Source: Bdellovibrionota bacterium (GTDB taxonomy: Bacteria > Bdellovibrionota_C > UBA2361 > JBIKUX01). Taken from it: 13,845 nucleotides of DNA. Under the pieces are notes generated by a model that saw only the letters and a program-made list of their open reading frames with translations, made no database searches and was not told the DNA's origin. The stretch is taken from positions 1 through 13,845 of the forward strand of contig JBIKUX010000042.1 in assembly GCA_044347345.1 (NCBI GenBank), written 5' to 3'. Every line of letters begins with the position of its first letter. Position 1 is the stretch's first letter. The position numbers and the translations under genes are program-made. Of the stretch, positions 8,005 to 13,845 are shown piece after piece.

Positions 8005-8270
8005 AGAAATTCCTTTTTTTTCTGTAACAGTATTTCCTTCATCTTTATACCGAGCAATACAATAGTTTTTTCTTAGTTTTACAAATTAATATCACAAGAG
8101 GTTATCTGCCCTAAAGAGTTATCAGATTTTAGCCGACTACAAAGATGTTATAGAGAAAGTATATCTTCTGCCTATTGCTTGTGCCAAGTAGGCCAAGTGG
8201 CAGCTTTGGCTTCCCCACTTGAGCGAAGTGCATCTCAAAAGTAGGAAGTACAAAAGCAGCGGAGGGAAAA

Positions 8271-10935
<2,665 letters not shown>

Positions 10936-11220
10936 GAATCTCAAACTCAAGCGATTTGGTAAAATAAATAATCGCTCATGTCCGGATATCTTACCTTTAA
11001 CCTCGCTCATATCCATCACTAATACTAATAAAAACACGAAATATTGTGCGGGCTCATCATCTCTTAATTTGCTGGTAAATAATTAAGCCTATGCAACAAT
11101 TGACAGTAGCTAATTAAAAAAACCTAAAAATATTTAAGTTGATTTGCTTAAAATATTTGAATTGCTCATTCTGCTATTACGGTACATAAGGGAAAAAATA
11201 GCTGTAGAGGTTTATAGAAA

Positions 11221-12531
11221 ATGACCTGCAAAAAAATGACCTGTCCATTTACCACTGAACAAATTCGAGCCATAGCCAGCGAATACGGAACCCCAGTTTA
11301 TATCTATAACAAAGCTACTATCACCGAGCGTATCTCAGAGCTAAAATCTTTCGATATAATTCGCTATGCACAAAAGGCGAATAGTAACCTTGAAATTTTG
11401 CGGCACATGAGAGCCAACAATGTACTGGTTGATGCCGTAACCGCTGGAGAGGTGTTAAGAGCTATACGAGCCGGTTATAAAGGTGGATTCCAAAGAGTTC
11501 GTGACAATAACAATCATCACCACTATCACGATATTTCTGAAATTGTATACACGGCTGACCTTTTCGACCGCGACGCTCGCCAAATAATCGCGGAACATCA
11601 ACTAACAGTAAATGTGGGTTCTCCAGACATGATTCCTCAACTGGCAGAATTTTCGCCCCAATCTCAGCTTCTTCTAAGAATAAATCCTGGCTTTGGTCAT
11701 GGGCACTCAAAAAAAGTTAATACTGGGGGAGAAACTTCAAAACACGGAATTTGGTTTGAAGACTTACCTCAAACTGTGCGCCTCGCCCACGAGCATGGTT
11801 TTATGATTCATGGCCTTCATCTTCACATTGGTTCAGGTAGTGACCTCACTCATCTGCGTAAAGTTGCCGATGCCCTAAAATCCTTTATTTCAATCGTCGG
11901 AAATGAAGTTGTAACAATTAGTGCTGGTGGTGGACTACCTATTCCCTACCATGAGCGTGATGAGAGAATAAATATATCAGAGTATGTGTCAATTTGGCGG
12001 AATACCAAGGAAGAGATTCAAAGAACGATTAAGCATGAAATTACGCTCGAGGTAGAGCCTGGACGATTTTTAGTAGCAGAAAGTGGTGTTCTTGTTGGAG
12101 AAATATGCTCAATAAAGCGTTCTGGCTCTATTACCTACTATCTGGTGGATTTTGGATTTGATACCTTGATTCGTCCTGCTATGTACGGTGCTTATCATCA
12201 TATTTCTGTAGTAAATCGCACAAATCAATCAGGTACTAAACAATCTAGTTTTTTACAAACTACTAACGTAGCCGTCGCTGGTCCATTATGTGAATCATGT
12301 GACGTATTCACTCAAGGAGAACATGGCGAGTTAGCTCCTCGTACTCTTCCTACCGCCTCAGTAGGAGACCTAATAGTCATTCACGATGCCGGAGCTTACG
12401 GCGCTGCAATGTCGTCAAATTATAATAGCCGACGCCTAGCGGCTGAAGTTACCGTAGAAAATGACGGCAAAGTTAATTTAGTTCGACGTAGGCAACCACT
12501 AGAAGACCTCTTGCGATTAGAAGAGGAATAA
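11221..12531 (+). CDS. lysA: Diaminopimelate decarboxylase, E. coli-like
   Basis: YAQKANSN (PLP Lys), RINPGFGHGHS..NTGG..SKHGIW, HLHIGSG, SAGGG, EPGRFLVAE, RPAMYG, GPLCES, GAYG..MSSNYN; alternative ATG at 11236. Confidence 0.98.
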   Translation: MTCKKMTCPFTTEQIRAIASEYGTPVYIYNKATITERISELKSFDIIRYAQKANSNLEILRHMRANNVLVDAVTAGEVLRAIRAGYKGGFQRVRDNNNHHHYHDISEIVYTADLFDRDARQIIAEHQLTVNVGSPDMIPQLAEFSPQSQLLLRINPGFGHGHSKKVNTGGETSKHGIWFEDLPQTVRLAHEHGFMIHGLHLHIGSGSDLTHLRKVADALKSFISIVGNEVVTISAGGGLPIPYHERDERINISEYVSIWRNTKEEIQRTIKHEITLEVEPGRFLVAESGVLVGEICSIKRSGSITYYLVDFGFDTLIRPAMYGAYHHISVVNRTNQSGTKQSSFLQTTNVAVAGPLCESCDVFTQGEHGELAPRTLPTASVGDLIVIHDAGAYGAAMSSNYNSRRLAAEVTVENDGKVNLVRRRQPLEDLLRLEEE

Positions 12532-12600
12532 CTTTTGCATTAATCTCATAGTCTTAAAAAAAGTTTACTAATAAAAACTGCTTAAGCTCTCATAAATTTA

Positions 12601-13482
12601 ATGAGTATGAATCTAAAATTACTATCAAAAATACCGATTCCTACTCAGGCTCGGACGTTAGTAGAACCATCGAGACAAGGCTTAAGCACCGCCAAAAAAA
12701 ATTTAGGGGAAGATTTTTCCATAACTTTGGATGAAACTGAGCAAGAAATTCTTACAACTCCCTCTTCACCAACGTCATCTGTTTCTTCAGAGTCTTCTTC
12801 AACTATCCCCAAACCACTTCCAGAGCTAGGAGAATTTCTTTCGCGACGTTTTACAATGAGCAATAAGCGATTCAATAAACAAGAAATATCTGAAGAAGAG
12901 GCATACAGACACATAATTTCTCATTCATTAAGACAACAAATTAGCCAAACAATAGGTGTAAACTTTGATACTTTATTTAGTGAAAATTACCCATCGATCT
13001 CACGACAATCTGGATTAGCTGGATTTGAAAAAGCAGCCGACCTTGCTCTGGATGAACTTGTTGAAAAAAGATTGATATCAGTAGACAAAAAAAACTCAAT
13101 TCAGGAAACTGCTTTTAAATTAGCACAATTTGATTCCGACACAAGCCAACTATACGATAGCTTTGCTGAAGGTTCACAAGATAGCACAGTAGCTAAGTTA
13201 TCTATAAATGATGCCTTAAAACGCATCTCTGTTAATTTAACTCAAAACGGGTCTGATACTGATAAAAGACCAAATAATAATAACGGTGACGATACCAACA
13301 ACGATATAGACGATATTACCGAAGAAAATGATAATTTTGCGGTTCCACAAACAGAACCGCGAGTAAGTAGCGTCAGCGTCTCCCCCAAAATAATACCGTC
13401 ATCAATACTTGAAGTTGAAGAAGATGACAATTCAACGGATAATCCCAAAGCACCGCCATCTGCAATAACCATTGTAGTTTAA
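12601..13482 (+). CDS. Hypothetical protein; Ser/Thr-rich N-region, helical core, acidic Asn/Asp-rich disordered tail
   Basis: 293-aa uninterrupted ORF filling the gap between lysA and the OmpA gene; no signal peptide or family recognised. Confidence 0.75.
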   Translation: MSMNLKLLSKIPIPTQARTLVEPSRQGLSTAKKNLGEDFSITLDETEQEILTTPSSPTSSVSSESSSTIPKPLPELGEFLSRRFTMSNKRFNKQEISEEEAYRHIISHSLRQQISQTIGVNFDTLFSENYPSISRQSGLAGFEKAADLALDELVEKRLISVDKKNSIQETAFKLAQFDSDTSQLYDSFAEGSQDSTVAKLSINDALKRISVNLTQNGSDTDKRPNNNNGDDTNNDIDDITEENDNFAVPQTEPRVSSVSVSPKIIPSSILEVEEDDNSTDNPKAPPSAITIVV

Positions 13483-13580
13483 AACTTGCCTATACTGATA
13501 TTAACGAGGCTTTCCAAGCATAGTTTTAGAATAGTAGCCTTAATAAAGAACGTCATTAAAGGCCTTCTAGTTTTTAACGG

Positions 13581-13844
13581 CTAATTTTCAAGAATGACTT
13601 CCACTCTTCTGTTACGCTGCCTACCAACTGCGGTGGTATTTGGAGCAAGTGGTTTAGCTTCACCAAAACCTCTAGTTGAAAGTCTACTAGCTACTACTCC
13701 TTTAGCTTTTAATGCCTTCGATACAGCATCAGCTCGACGCTGCGAAAGTGCCAAATTGTAAGACTCATTCCCTACAGAATCTGTATGCCCTTCAACAGCG
13801 AGTCTTCTAGTAGGTGTGGCCTGAGCTGAATTCACAATTTCTCG
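13581..13844 (-). CDS. OmpA family protein, C-terminal peptidoglycan-binding domain (5'-truncated by window)
   Basis: VEGHTDSVG...YNLALSQRRADAV...GFGEAKP...GRQRNRRVEV; frame is open to the window edge (REIVNSAQ...). Confidence 0.95.
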   Translation of the reverse strand, partial: REIVNSAQATPTRRLAVEGHTDSVGNESYNLALSQRRADAVSKALKAKGVVASRLSTRGFGEAKPLAPNTTAVGRQRNRRVEVILEN

Positions 13845-13845
13845 A

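Noticed and set aside
8005-8270. clpP remnant or sigma-54 promoter upstream of clpX
   Set aside because: No ClpP-like translation seen; the TGGCA/TGGCAC sites lack GC at the required -12 spacing
11040-11220. Lysine riboswitch before lysA (GTAGAGGT at 11204)
   Set aside because: The motif sits where the RBS is expected; the region is too AT-rich and lacks the multi-stem L-box architecture
13483-13580. Intrinsic terminator between convergent genes
   Set aside because: Only weak bulged stems (e.g. gccttaat/attaaaggc) without a clear adjacent U-tract

Overview
AT-rich (roughly 38-40% GC by eye) chromosomal segment of a Gram-negative bacterium. The def-fmt-rpe order and the ClpX style suggest a Deltaproteobacteria/Bdellovibrionota-like organism, but this is inference only. 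Left to right: a 5'-truncated Thr-rich ORF that starts in an (ACT)n tract; a minus-strand overlapping pair (DUF2726-like protein with apparently eroded catalytic residues, and a 2-TM/TPR-like protein); a plus-strand run def-fmt-rpe-[CxxC thioredoxin-like lipoprotein]-[TonB-dependent receptor with a CxxC in its plug]-plsY; a small SH3-like ORF; a clpX with no adjacent clpP/lon and a structured leader; E. coli-type argG with an upstream ARG-box-like operator; divergent E. coli-type lysA with a His-rich insert and a CESCD variant; a low-complexity hypothetical; and a truncated OmpA-domain gene. No RNA genes, CRISPR arrays or mobile elements were seen. The best candidate for an uncharacterised system is the translationally coupled thioredoxin-lipoprotein/CxxC-plug receptor pair (possible redox-assisted metal uptake). 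Short in-frame tandem duplications also recur across several genes.
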